This document shows positions 10,701-19,866 of a stretch of DNA of 64,000 nucleotides, piece after piece (position 1 is the stretch's first letter; every line of letters begins with the position of its first letter). Position numbers and translations under genes: made by a program. This DNA comes from Candidatus Krumholzibacteriia bacterium (GTDB lineage Bacteria; Krumholzibacteriota; Krumholzibacteriia; JAJRXK01), in NCBI GenBank assembly GCA_041484665.1, contig JBGPIA010000001.1:384001-448000 (forward strand), given 5' to 3'. A model generated the notes under the pieces. That model worked only from the letters and a program-made list of their open reading frames with translations. It was not told the origin of the DNA and did no database searches.

Positions 10701-13700
10701 CGTTGGACGGCAGCGCCGCGTCGAGCGTGAGGACATTGACCTCGCCCCCGCCCAGGGTGCGCGAGGGCACGATGCCGCGGCCGATTTGCGCCAGCACGTG
10801 ACCATCGACCGCGTCCACGCCGGGGGAATTCAGCGGGAACGCGCCGGAGGAGACGGTCGACTGGCTGCCGGTGACCGAGTAGCCGAAGTCGGACGCCTGC
10901 GTGATCTCGGCGTCGACTTGCGAGGCGTCGCGCGCCCGGCCGAGGGCCAGCGTGTACGCCACGAACAGGCGGTCCTGCTGGAGCGGGCCGAGCGCGTGGC
11001 TGAAGCCCCCGAAGCGCACCTCGCCGCCGCTGGGAGCGGCGATGGCCAGCGGTGCGGCGGCCTCCTGCGGGTCGAGGACGCCGTTGCGGTTCGCGTCGCC
11101 GTGCAGCGACCAGATCTCGTACTCGGCCTCCGCGGCCGTGCCCAGGACGCCGACACGCAGCGCGGTCAACGTCTGCGGCTGCAGGTAGGCGTTGAAGCCC
11201 TCCAGCACCAGGACGGTCTGGTTCTGCGCCCCCGGGGGCACGGTGTGGGACCCAGCCGCGCCCGCCACCCAGGTCACACGGTCAGCGACCGCGACCACGA
11301 CCGGGCCCCCTCCATCGAGCGCGTGGTCATTGGGCCCGTCGTTGGCGCTGGACATCGTGACAGCGTTGAGCGGCAAGCGCGCTGCAAACGTCACTCCGGC
11401 CTGCGGCTGCTGGGCGAAGTCCACGTCCAGCCAGTAGCGCGTCGGCGGAGCGGCCGGCACGGGGATCGCGAGATTGGTGGCGCTCCACGACCGCGCGCCG
11501 ACCGGCTGGAGGACCGCGATCTGCGGGTCCGCGGTCTCCGGCACGCCGTCTCCGTCGTCGCTGCGCAGCCGGACTGTCAGGACGTCGGAGCTGGTGGCGC
11601 TTCCGGCGTTCTCAAGCAGCAGGCCCGTCAGCACGTCGGGCTCCACGCCGTTGGGCGGCAGCGCAAGGCCCATCACCAGCGCGTCGTGCGTTCCGGCGTA
11701 GACCAGCTGGGTGGGCAGTGGGGCGACGTTGTATCCTGACGCGCTCTGGCCGTCGATCGAGGGCGGCGACGCCGTGCGCAGCAGACCCGGCAGATCGATC
11801 GCCAGCGCGCCACCCGCCACCACGTCAGCGGCAGTGCGCAGCTCGACCGACAGCTGCTCCGCATCCCGGACGCGCGTCGAGTCGGGCGTCAGCGCCACCA
11901 GCAGGCGCACGGGCGACGAGACGGGCAGCCTCAGCGCCAGCGACGCGCCGGCGCCGAAGCCGATCGTGCCCCCGCTGATCGGGCGCACGGTGGCCAGCAG
12001 GCTGTCGCCCCCGCTGGCGCCGACCGATCGCAGCGCGCCGTCGCCGTCGCCGTCGCGCCAGAGCTCGGCAGCCTCGATCTCGGCATCGGGATCCGCGGCG
12101 GGACCCGACGGTCCGGTCGAACTGTGGTGCAGCAGGAGCGCCTTGAGCGTATCGGGGAATGCGCCCCGCGCCGTCAGCTCCGCGCCCAGCACCGCAAGCC
12201 GGCGCGCCGTGCGCGCCACGGGCAGAGCGGGCGCCGCAATCGCGTACGAGCGCACTTGCAGCGTGGGAGCGATATCGACGAGCAGCGATCCGGGGTTGGC
12301 CCAACTTCCGTCCACGGGGCCGGTGCGCCCCGAGGCGAACTCGAGGGCGCGCGCCGGCAGCTCGGCTCGCACAGTGCGCCCGGACTCCGCCGTCAGCGCG
12401 ATGTCGGCAACCACGCGCAGCGTCAGGCCCACGACAGGCACGGGGAGGTCCAGCCCGCTGGCCGCCCAGGTCGCCCCCCCGATGGAGACCAGCTGCACCG
12501 GCTGCCCGATCCCCGAGACGACATCCTGCCACGCGCTCGCGACCAGCTGCTGCACCCGCAGCGCGGACAGTTCCACCCCGGCGCGCGCGGTGCCCGGCTG
12601 GCGGATGCGCAGCTCCCGCAGCACGTCGGCCCGCGTGCCATCCGGCGGTGCCGTCAGCACCAGGAGCGGGAGTCCCCCCTCACCGGGCGCGACGGTGTCC
12701 GCCGACGCGGGCGTGAACGCCATCTGGCCCAGCACCAGGTCGCGCACCAGGACGATTCCATCGCTGTCCAGCGGGAAGCCCGAGCCCGCGACCACTGCGG
12801 TCGGCGTCGACCAGAACAGGCTGCCGGAGCTGTCCAAGTGGACGTTCAGGCTGTCGCCGTGGCTGACGCCTTGCAGCGCGATGTCGCCGCTGACGAACAG
12901 GCGACGCGACGCTCCCACGGGCAGGTCCACGGTGAGCACGGACGCGGTCCAGCTCCCGGCAACCGTCTGCCCCGCGCTCAGCACGAGATCCTGCTGGGGC
13001 TCGAACACGCCGTCGCCATCGTCCAGGCGCAGACGCAGCGCGGTGAACACCTGGTCCAGCGCCGGCCCCCCCGGCTGGCCCGTGGCGGCCGCCTGCTTGC
13101 CCGGGAGCACCGCCGCGAGCCTGCCCCCCACGCTCACGCGCAGCGCACTCAGGGTGCGCGGCTGCAGGTACGAGTTCGTCAGGCGCAGCGAGAGCAGCAG
13201 CCGGTCCGGGGAGCCCGGATTGGCGAAGACGTCGCCCACCGGCAGCGCCTCTGCCTGCACCGACGGCAGCACGGTGAGGGCTGACGCCCCCGAGGAGACC
13301 CCCGCGTAGGTCGCCGTGACCGACGCGGTCCCCAAGCTCAGCGCCAGCGCCTCCCCACCGGGCTGCAGGTAGACCACCGTTGGCGCCCCCGACTGCCAGG
13401 TTGCCTGTACCGTGACGTCGAGCTGTTGCCCGTTGCTGAGTTTCGCCGAAGCCTGCATGGCCTTCGTACGGCCCAGCAATACGGTCGCCGACGCCGGAGA
13501 GACATCGACGCCCACGACCATGGGCGGGCCGACCGTGAGCGACGCGGGACTCGCGGCGGTCGCAGCCAGGCTGGCCCCGACGGTGGTCGCCCCCTGGGAG
13601 CGCGTGGCGAGCAGCCCCGCCGGCCCGACCGTGGCGATCGCGGAGTCGGTCACTGCCCAGCTCACGCTGTGGCTCAGGTCGTACACGCTCCCCGACACGC

Positions 13701-16662
13701 TCCCCAGCGCCCGGTAACGCGTGGTCTGCCCCAGCGCCAGCGTGGTATCCGCCGGGACGATCGTCAGCGCGTCGAGGGCCGCCGTGTCGACCTTCAGGCT
13801 GCAGGCATTGGAATGGACCGCGCCGAAGCTCGCCTGGAGCAGCGCCGTGCCGTCGGTGAGCGTGGTGGCCCGCCCCAGCGTGTCTACCGACGCCACCGCG
13901 GGAGCATCGCTCGACCAGATCGCCAGCGTGGTCAGGTCGAGAGTGGAGCCATCGCTGAAGTGGGCCGTGGCCGTCAGGGGGAACTGGACGCCAGGCGGCA
14001 GCTTGAGGCTACGGGGCGTCACCGTGAGGCTCTCCACCAGCGCGGGGGCCACGATCAGCCTGAGCGTGTCGCCCGCCACGCCGGCCAGGCGATGGGTGAG
14101 CCGCGCCACACCAGGGGCGTGCGCCAGCACCGCCCCCGGCGCGATGAAGCTGGCCACCGCCGGCTCGAGGCTCGCCCAGGTCACGACCGGCGTGCGGTCG
14201 ACGACGCTCCCGTCGCTGTAGGTCCCCCACGAAGAAACGTGATGGATCGTGCCGGCGGGAATCGTCGCGGTGTCGGGAGTCCCATCGAGCGCCAGCAGGC
14301 GCGGGACACCGACCGAGATGTGCGCCGCAGCGCTCGTGACGTGATCGAGCGTGGCGGTCACGCTGGCGCTGCCCGCGGCGAGCGTGGTTGCCCGCCCATC
14401 GGCCCCCACGTCCACCACGCCGGCCGGCGCGCTGCTCCAACCGGCCACGGCGGTCAGTTGGGCGGAGCTGCCATCGGTGTACGTGCCCTGGGCATGGAGC
14501 TGGACGGCTTCGCCGAGCGCGACGCTCGTGTCGCCGGGGGTCACGGCAAGGACGACCAGCTCGGGCGGGGTCACGAACAGGTTGGCCGGGGTTGAGACCT
14601 GGCCGTCGAGGGCGGCTTTGACGTCGGTCAGCCCAGCGCGCCTCCCGCGCAGCAGTCCCGGCGCCTCCAGTCGAGCGACGGCCGAGTCCCCGACGGTCCA
14701 GGATGCCGCGGTGGTGACGACCAGCGTGTCGCCGCTCGTGTAGAAGCCGTGCGCGGAAAAGGCGCGCGTCGCCCCGACCGGAACTGCGGCGCTGCCGGGG
14801 CGAACGGTAAGAGACAAGAGGCGCGGCGGCTTGACCGCGATCCCCGCCGGGGCGCTCGTGACCGCGCCGAGCGTCGCAGTGACGAGCCCTGCGCCCTCCT
14901 GTTGGGTGCGCAGGACGCTCGTGCCCGACTCGAAGGATCCCAGGCTGGGCGGGGCGACCTGCCAGAGCGCCTGACCGGCGACTTCGCGCAGACCCCCGTC
15001 TGCGAAGCGGGCTACGGCCCGGTACTGGACGCTCTCGCCGCGGGCGACGGTCGTATCGGAGGGTGAGATGTTGATCGCGACGATGCCGGGCGGAACCACG
15101 GTGACCGTCCAGCTGTCGCTGTCCGCGTTGCTGCCGTTGGCGCTGCCCGACGTGGCGGGCTGGGGCGGGTATCCCAAGCGGTCCTGATCCACCAGCGATG
15201 CGAAGGGCAGGCTGATCGGGGCCACGACATCGGGAGTCCTCGCCCGCAAGATGATCTGGACGAGGAAGGGCGGGCTGGTGCGTACGACCGCCGGAGCGAA
15301 GCGAACGTCGAGAATCCCATTGCCAGGCCACGCTTCGAACTCGCCGTCGGTGAGAACCTGATCCTTGTCGCGGACGGCCGGCGCGCCGTGCGCGATCAGC
15401 GTGTCCACCGCCACGACGCTGACGCCTGCGGGGATCGCGAGGTGCACCCGGTTGATCCCATCGGAGGTACCGTCGAACGTCGGGAGCACCGAGTAGACGA
15501 AGCGCTGACCGAGGAGTGACCCATAGACCTGGTTGGGGACGATCTCGGCCTTCACGATCTTCACCGCCGGCTCCAGATACGCGTTGGCCGGCGCGCTGAC
15601 GATGGAGAGCCGCGCAGGCGGAGCCAGGCCGGAGGTGTTCTCGCGCGACGGGAAGGTGATGGCCTGCCCGCTGGGGATGGCCGTGGACACGAGCAGCAGA
15701 CCTTGGTTGGCCCTGCTTCCACCCAACCAGTCCTGTGTCAGGGATGTGATGTCAATCCCGACGTAGCGGGTCTGGCTGTAGACCGTGGTGGAGCCCCTTA
15801 CCGCCGCGTCGAGGTCGCCTCCGGACGGCCACGAGTCGGTACAGTTGGGGGCGACCCACGTCACGCCGCCCACGCAGGGAGCTCCGCTCTGGGTACCCTC
15901 CGTCCAGGTGCGCCGCAGGCGGTAGGCGCCCACCTCGGCGCCGGTGACGCCGCCGTAGGTAGGCCAGATCTCCAGGCGGCCGGCGACCACGCCGTTGGCA
16001 TTGCCGCTGAACGCGGTCAGATCGAAGCTCAGCACCCCCCGCTGCGGCCCGGCGACATCGTTGGCCATGCGCACGTCGGAGCCACCACCAAAGTTGTAGG
16101 CCGTCTGAGCGCCGCTGATGGTCGCGTCGCGCAACGTGGGGGCGGCCAGCAGCCAGGCGCGCTCGTCCTCGATGCGCGTCGGAACCCCGCGCAGCTGCTG
16201 CGCCGGAACCAACACCGCCGAGAACGTAGCCGTGTGCTCGATCGCGCTGCCGATGTCACCAGTGGCGCGCACCAGGAGTGCGATCCGCAGATCGCCCGGG
16301 CCCGCCGTCAGCAGCGTGACGCGGAGGAATCCAGCGCCCAGGGTGACCCGCGCATCCGTGTCGGGCACGCCGACGCCGTTGACCGAGATGCTGTTGGCCA
16401 GGTACGAGCAGTTGCTCGAGAGCAGGTACGTGTACGTACAGTTGGTAGTGGGGAGCAGGCCGCCCAGCTGGGCCCACACTGTCACGGTGATGTGGTCGCC
16501 GACCGAGGCGATCTCCTGCTGCGGCGGTGGCCCGAACTGGCGGACCGTCAACTGCGCGCGCGCGGGCGCTGGCGCAGCCATCAGGGCGAGCGGCAGCAGG
16601 AGGCAAGAAAGGGTGGTGCGGCGGCGCGGTCGGGAGGCCGCTGCGCGCGCGCCGGATGGCAT
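7735..16662 (-). CDS. Giant secreted surface protein: DNRLRE/CBM96-like domain, 7 Big_2 Ig repeats, further beta-rich repeats and a C-terminal FlgD-Ig/T9SS-CTD-like domain
   Basis: Signal peptide 'RRRTTLSCLLLPLALMAAPAPARA|Q'; C-terminal 'SYPNPF...WDGRNEAGRPVRNGVYLLRL...RKLAVVR'; start uncertain (in-frame ATGs at 16662, 16701, 16809). Confidence 0.85.
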   Translation of the reverse strand: MPSGARAAASRPRRRTTLSCLLLPLALMAAPAPARAQLTVRQFGPPPQQEIASVGDHITVTVWAQLGGLLPTTNCTYTYLLSSNCSYLANSISVNGVGVPDTDARVTLGAGFLRVTLLTAGPGDLRIALLVRATGDIGSAIEHTATFSAVLVPAQQLRGVPTRIEDERAWLLAAPTLRDATISGAQTAYNFGGGSDVRMANDVAGPQRGVLSFDLTAFSGNANGVVAGRLEIWPTYGGVTGAEVGAYRLRRTWTEGTQSGAPCVGGVTWVAPNCTDSWPSGGDLDAAVRGSTTVYSQTRYVGIDITSLTQDWLGGSRANQGLLLVSTAIPSGQAITFPSRENTSGLAPPARLSIVSAPANAYLEPAVKIVKAEIVPNQVYGSLLGQRFVYSVLPTFDGTSDGINRVHLAIPAGVSVVAVDTLIAHGAPAVRDKDQVLTDGEFEAWPGNGILDVRFAPAVVRTSPPFLVQIILRARTPDVVAPISLPFASLVDQDRLGYPPQPATSGSANGSNADSDSWTVTVVPPGIVAINISPSDTTVARGESVQYRAVARFADGGLREVAGQALWQVAPPSLGSFESGTSVLRTQQEGAGLVTATLGAVTSAPAGIAVKPPRLLSLTVRPGSAAVPVGATRAFSAHGFYTSGDTLVVTTAASWTVGDSAVARLEAPGLLRGRRAGLTDVKAALDGQVSTPANLFVTPPELVVLAVTPGDTSVALGEAVQLHAQGTYTDGSSAQLTAVAGWSSAPAGVVDVGADGRATTLAAGSASVTATLDHVTSAAAHISVGVPRLLALDGTPDTATIPAGTIHHVSSWGTYSDGSVVDRTPVVTWASLEPAVASFIAPGAVLAHAPGVARLTHRLAGVAGDTLRLIVAPALVESLTVTPRSLKLPPGVQFPLTATAHFSDGSTLDLTTLAIWSSDAPAVASVDTLGRATTLTDGTALLQASFGAVHSNACSLKVDTAALDALTIVPADTTLALGQTTRYRALGSVSGSVYDLSHSVSWAVTDSAIATVGPAGLLATRSQGATTVGASLAATAASPASLTVGPPMVVGVDVSPASATVLLGRTKAMQASAKLSNGQQLDVTVQATWQSGAPTVVYLQPGGEALALSLGTASVTATYAGVSSGASALTVLPSVQAEALPVGDVFANPGSPDRLLLSLRLTNSYLQPRTLSALRVSVGGRLAAVLPGKQAAATGQPGGPALDQVFTALRLRLDDGDGVFEPQQDLVLSAGQTVAGSWTASVLTVDLPVGASRRLFVSGDIALQGVSHGDSLNVHLDSSGSLFWSTPTAVVAGSGFPLDSDGIVLVRDLVLGQMAFTPASADTVAPGEGGLPLLVLTAPPDGTRADVLRELRIRQPGTARAGVELSALRVQQLVASAWQDVVSGIGQPVQLVSIGGATWAASGLDLPVPVVGLTLRVVADIALTAESGRTVRAELPARALEFASGRTGPVDGSWANPGSLLVDIAPTLQVRSYAIAAPALPVARTARRLAVLGAELTARGAFPDTLKALLLHHSSTGPSGPAADPDAEIEAAELWRDGDGDGALRSVGASGGDSLLATVRPISGGTIGFGAGASLALRLPVSSPVRLLVALTPDSTRVRDAEQLSVELRTAADVVAGGALAIDLPGLLRTASPPSIDGQSASGYNVAPLPTQLVYAGTHDALVMGLALPPNGVEPDVLTGLLLENAGSATSSDVLTVRLRSDDGDGVPETADPQIAVLQPVGARSWSATNLAIPVPAAPPTRYWLDVDFAQQPQAGVTFAARLPLNAVTMSSANDGPNDHALDGGGPVVVAVADRVTWVAGAAGSHTVPPGAQNQTVLVLEGFNAYLQPQTLTALRVGVLGTAAEAEYEIWSLHGDANRNGVLDPQEAAAPLAIAAPSGGEVRFGGFSHALGPLQQDRLFVAYTLALGRARDASQVDAEITQASDFGYSVTGSQSTVSSGAFPLNSPGVDAVDGHVLAQIGRGIVPSRTLGGGEVNVLTLDAALPSNGLSADTLRELELQVAAGAQDVAAAMGQDVEALRLWAELDAEPKGATFDPDADVLLGSLLGATSPLRFTGLSAAIPPGGRRFYVTADLAPNPTDGRVIQLRVPKLGIEMESGNDGPLDGALDGSAVHRISSSALLAAAEATPSVVSAGQSVQVRVAVRNRGSQQLAGIVPLQVGAAPGQGVSLQQGPLPAALTLAPGASDTIRYRFALGAAGKVGFSARVGLPDSSVISPLATSSPVSVQLPPTALALDPLSTLPVSVDRGQSGVTPLAWQLRHADPDTAGAAPIAVHAFSIAFDDGGGTPVPASSVLDRLEIRTGGLVHAYWDSIPSTSVLAIALDPPVELQPGQLRSLPLSISIAPGATAARFRVRLLDAGAASAIDVNSGQPVPLQATLPWQTSTAYIHTLATHADLAVARTLPGSANLGQLGVPAGRLTFDLPGAAGESEARVVELGFALRDSAGAALAPDAVLGAITVRSGATVLLTTSAFDTAGGAVRLSLAIPKLVTSGAPEPIDLELDLRSDAAPDRFSLVLPDSARCVVRDANTGLDVAVRLGGGEHWPLVQGPLLLQRPAAASRVTCASIAPPSAAAGAVGVGCATLDLHDDDPPGSGAMLLLAASVRVLDDAGAGVVPAQALSAVRLALGDSVIAASLTPPPSGSSVGLALAAPLRLLPGDSLRLQLSVDLKAPATVARLRFALDPGALDLRDANQPARAIALTGLPFATGVLRVVAPATAVSLGVTDDPPANVSRGASAVQLLPLRILHPGGAAQAPLSPAALTVLLRDARAAALPASRLLGAARLLRGTTVIQGQIEGDSLRFALAGLGNLDPGQSHDVMLAIDLLAAPAVEDFRVALQARGLVATSAADTLAVTPLSGAALPWISPTIHVTALDLEQSFSSYPNPFAAGRERAHVAFYLQSDARVTLEVFTASGDRVVRLLEGAPLPAGLQDDPRWAWDGRNEAGRPVRNGVYLLRLKVDGAGGGECLRKLAVVR
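13270..15085 (-). repeat. Seven tandem Big_2-type Ig-like repeats (~88 aa each) within the giant protein
   Basis: Recurrent 'l.v.P....v..G....(l/y).A.g.(y/f)sDG...d.T....W'; boundaries approximate. Confidence 0.8.
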
Positions 16663-16696
16663 CGCGCCGTAGTGCAACCCGGGCGCCTTTGCAGCC

Positions 16697-16712
16697 TGCA
16701 TTGCAGCTGCCA
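16697..16712 (-). promoter_or_regulatory. Possible sigma54 -24/-12 promoter
   Basis: TGGCAGCTGCAATGCA (GG-N10-GC) ~35 nt upstream of ATG 16662; imperfect match. Confidence 0.3.
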
Positions 16713-17069
16713 GGGAACCCGCCAGCGGACCCGAGCCCTCCTGAAGCGGGCCTGCGGATCGACCTGGGCGCGGCGGGCGCGGGCGCGAAGAATCCCTTGC
16801 CAAGGGCATAGTTGACCGATCCGACCCCGCCAGCTGCACGAAGTCAGTGCACCCAACCGGGCACGGTAGGATCTTCCCCGGAACGGCTCTGCGCCTTCGG
16901 CGCAAGGCGTATGCCGACCCTCAAGCGCGTGGCCGGCCCCGGCGGGCTCTGCTAGCGTTGGGGCGCTCGCGCGCCGGCGAGCGCGGCTGGGAGGGCGGCC
17001 GCTTGGCCGCGCCCTGTGGGCACGTCCACGCGCTTGCGCCCGGGACAAGCGCGAGAGGAAACGCGGACC

Positions 17070-17723
17070 ATGCCACTGATCCAGGAGCAGTTCCCCGTGG
17101 GGCTGCTGCAGTGCAACTGCACCATTCTGGCCGACCCGGTCTCGCGCGAGGCCGTCGTGATCGATCCCGGCGACGAGGCCGACGCCATCATCGCGCGGCT
17201 GCGCCGCCGCCAGCTGGAGGTGCTCTACCTGCTGCACACGCACGCCCACCTGGACCACGTGGGCGCGACCTCCGCGGTCAAGGCCGCTACCGGCGCGGCA
17301 GCCTGCCTGCACCGTGGCGACCTCTTCCTGTACGAGGACGTCGCAGGGCAGGCGCGCATGATCGGGCTCCCGCCGCCGCCGTCCCCACCTGCGGTGGACC
17401 ATTGGCTCACCGGCGGGGAGTCGATCGAGGTCCGCGGCTTTGGCCTACGCGTGCTCCATACGCCAGGCCACACCCCCGGCAGCTGCTGCTTCGCGCTGCA
17501 GCTGGACGGCCAGCCAGCGCAGGTGTTCGCCGGAGACACGCTGTTCTTGATGAGCATCGGCCGCACCGACCTACCCGGGGGAGACACCGCGCAGATCCTC
17601 GACTCCATTCTGCGCGCCCTACTCCCGCTGCACGATGAAACCGTGGTGATTCCCGGCCACGGCCCCACCACGACGATCGGCTTCGAGCGCCAGGAGAATC
17701 CGTTCCTGCAAGACTTGAGCTAG
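17070..17723 (+). CDS. MBL-fold metallo-hydrolase (glyoxalase II/YcbL-like)
   Basis: 'THAHLDHVG', 'HTPGHTPG', 'GDTLF..SIGRTDLPGG', 'PGHG'; GAGGA RBS. Confidence 0.9.
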   Translation: MPLIQEQFPVGLLQCNCTILADPVSREAVVIDPGDEADAIIARLRRRQLEVLYLLHTHAHLDHVGATSAVKAATGAAACLHRGDLFLYEDVAGQARMIGLPPPPSPPAVDHWLTGGESIEVRGFGLRVLHTPGHTPGSCCFALQLDGQPAQVFAGDTLFLMSIGRTDLPGGDTAQILDSILRALLPLHDETVVIPGHGPTTTIGFERQENPFLQDLS

Positions 17724-17894
17724 CGCGACGCGCCCGGCCGCGCGGGGCGGGTCGCGGTGCGCAACCGAAGCGCCGTCGGCTCCTGGACGCAGACGGGCGC
17801 CGCGCGCAGCCTGCGCGCGGCGCCGTTCTCCGGGAGGTCGCGCCCGGCGGCTGCGGCAGGACCGCCGCACCCGCATCGCGCAGAAGTGGCCTCG

Positions 17895-18869
17895 CTATTT
17901 CTTGATCGAACGTGCCAGCTCCTGCGAGGTCGCAGCACTGTCTTGCAGCGCGGTGGTGGCGCTCGAGTCAGGCGCCGCCGGGGCCGCGGCGATCGCCGTA
18001 TCCAGCGGCACGGGGATCCCGCGCGCGACCAGCACCGTGTCCACCCGCAGCAGGCTCGCCCGGGCCAGCTCGTGCCCCAGGTCAGCGGCGCGCTGGAAGG
18101 CCACGTGCGCGCCGGCCAGGTCGTCGACGCGCTCCAGCGCCACGCCCAGATTGTTGAAGAAAACCGCGACGTCGTCGCGCAGCTGCGTGGCCGTGCGCAG
18201 GGGGCCGACGGCGTCGGCGAAGCGCTCCTGCTGGATGCGCGCGTAGCCGAGGTTGTTCCAGGCGAACGCCTGATTGGGATCGAGCTCGGCAGCCTTGGCG
18301 AAGGCGGCTGCGGCCTCATCGAGGTGCGTCTGGGTGAGCTCGACACGCCCCAGTACCAGCCACGCGTCGGGGTCGGTGGCGTCGTGCTCCAACGCGCTCT
18401 GGATCGCGGTCCGCGCCTGCTCGGGCTGCGCCAGCGCCAGTCGGGCACGCGCGAGATTCACCAGCGTGCGGACGTTGACCGGAGAGAGTGTGAGCGCAAC
18501 CTCCAACTGCGTGGCGGCCAGGTCGGGCCGGTCCACGCGCAGATCGGTCAGTCCGAGGAGGTAATGGCGGTAGGAGATGTCGTCGCGCTCCTGGACCGCC
18601 TGCTCGAGGGCTTGGCGCGCCGTCTCGTAGTCGCGCGCCTGGAAGGCGCGCACGCCGGCGGCCCAGGCCCCCCCCTCCCACGTGCGCGGTGGCAGTGCCG
18701 CCGTCCCCGGCGGGACCTGCGCGCGGGTGCTGTCGGCCGGCGGCGGCGCCAGCTCGATGCCCGCCGTCGCGGGCGCTGCGGAGCGATCGTTGTCCTGGTG
18801 ACCGATGAAGACGACGATGAGCGAGACCAGGGCCGCCAGGCTCACCGTAATCAGGGTCCAGCGTCTCAT
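17895..18869 (-). CDS. Membrane-anchored or secreted TPR-repeat protein
   Basis: AGGAG RBS; N-terminal hydrophobic segment; several TPRs ('AWNNLGY', 'FFNNLGVAL'). Confidence 0.8.
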   Translation of the reverse strand: MRRWTLITVSLAALVSLIVVFIGHQDNDRSAAPATAGIELAPPPADSTRAQVPPGTAALPPRTWEGGAWAAGVRAFQARDYETARQALEQAVQERDDISYRHYLLGLTDLRVDRPDLAATQLEVALTLSPVNVRTLVNLARARLALAQPEQARTAIQSALEHDATDPDAWLVLGRVELTQTHLDEAAAAFAKAAELDPNQAFAWNNLGYARIQQERFADAVGPLRTATQLRDDVAVFFNNLGVALERVDDLAGAHVAFQRAADLGHELARASLLRVDTVLVARGIPVPLDTAIAAAPAAPDSSATTALQDSAATSQELARSIKK

Positions 18870-19172
18870 GGCTTTTCTCCTGCGGGTTGAAGTATGGCGC
18901 GCCGCGCTGATAGAGGGGCGGTCGCGCAGGATATCCACCCGCGTGGACCGCACGCGCGATGCCGCGCTGCCTGACAGTGGCAACGCTCGGCACGACAACG
19001 GTTTGCGGCCGATGGGGCAGGGCGGGACTGGTGCCGGACCGTGGGCGCGCGGACACACTCGGCACGTGCGAGTGCGTCATCTGCTTCAGGCGCAACGCAC
19101 TACGCGCTGTGGCGGCACGGACACAGCGTGGCGCTACCCGACACGGGCCCGCGTGCGCTAGGCTGGCGCACG

Positions 19173-19859
19173 ATGGCCCGCACCGCACGCCCCCTCGCGC
19201 AGGCGATCGACCTGTTGCAGCAGATGTACGGCGCGCCCGTACCGCCGCCGATCGACGACCCGCTCCAGCTGATCCTTTGGGAGAACTGCGCGTACCTCGT
19301 GGACGACGAGCGCAGGCGCCGAACCTACGACCGGCTGAACCGCGCGATCGGGACGTCCCCGCGGGCACTGCTTGCCGCGGCGCCGAAGCTGCTCGCGCAG
19401 TCCATCGCCGAAGGCGGCATGCACCCCGACCGGCGCGCCGCCAAGCTGCGCGCCATTGCCCAGACCGTGCTCGAGCGCTTTGGAGGCGATCTGGGCGCCC
19501 TGGTCGCGGGGCCCACCGACGCGGCGCTCAAGGGCCTGCAGCGCTTCCCGGGGATCGGCGAGCCCGGCGCCGAGAAGATCCTGCTGTTCGCGCGCAGGCT
19601 CCCGGTCCTGGCGCTGGAGTCCAACGGGCTGCGCGTGCTGCTGCGCCTGGGCTACGCTACGGAGAAGGGCAGCTACGCGGCGACCTACCGCGCCGTGCGG
19701 GAGGCGACGCTGCCTGAGGTGGAGCCGGACTGCGAGTGGCTGATCCGCGCGCACCTGCTGCTGCGGCTCCACGGGCAGGTGACCTGCCGCCGCTCGACGC
19801 CCGAGTGCGGAGTCTGTCTGCTGGCGCCGCGCTGCCTCTGGCGCACCGCGAACGCGTGA
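19173..19859 (+). CDS. HhH-GPD/endonuclease III-like protein with 4Fe-4S motif
   Basis: HhH 'LQRFPGIGEPGAEKILLF'; C-terminal C-X6-C-X2-C-X5-C ('CRRSTPECGVCLLAPRC'). Confidence 0.75.
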   Translation: MARTARPLAQAIDLLQQMYGAPVPPPIDDPLQLILWENCAYLVDDERRRRTYDRLNRAIGTSPRALLAAAPKLLAQSIAEGGMHPDRRAAKLRAIAQTVLERFGGDLGALVAGPTDAALKGLQRFPGIGEPGAEKILLFARRLPVLALESNGLRVLLRLGYATEKGSYAATYRAVREATLPEVEPDCEWLIRAHLLLRLHGQVTCRRSTPECGVCLLAPRCLWRTANA

Positions 19860-19866
19860 GGCGGGC

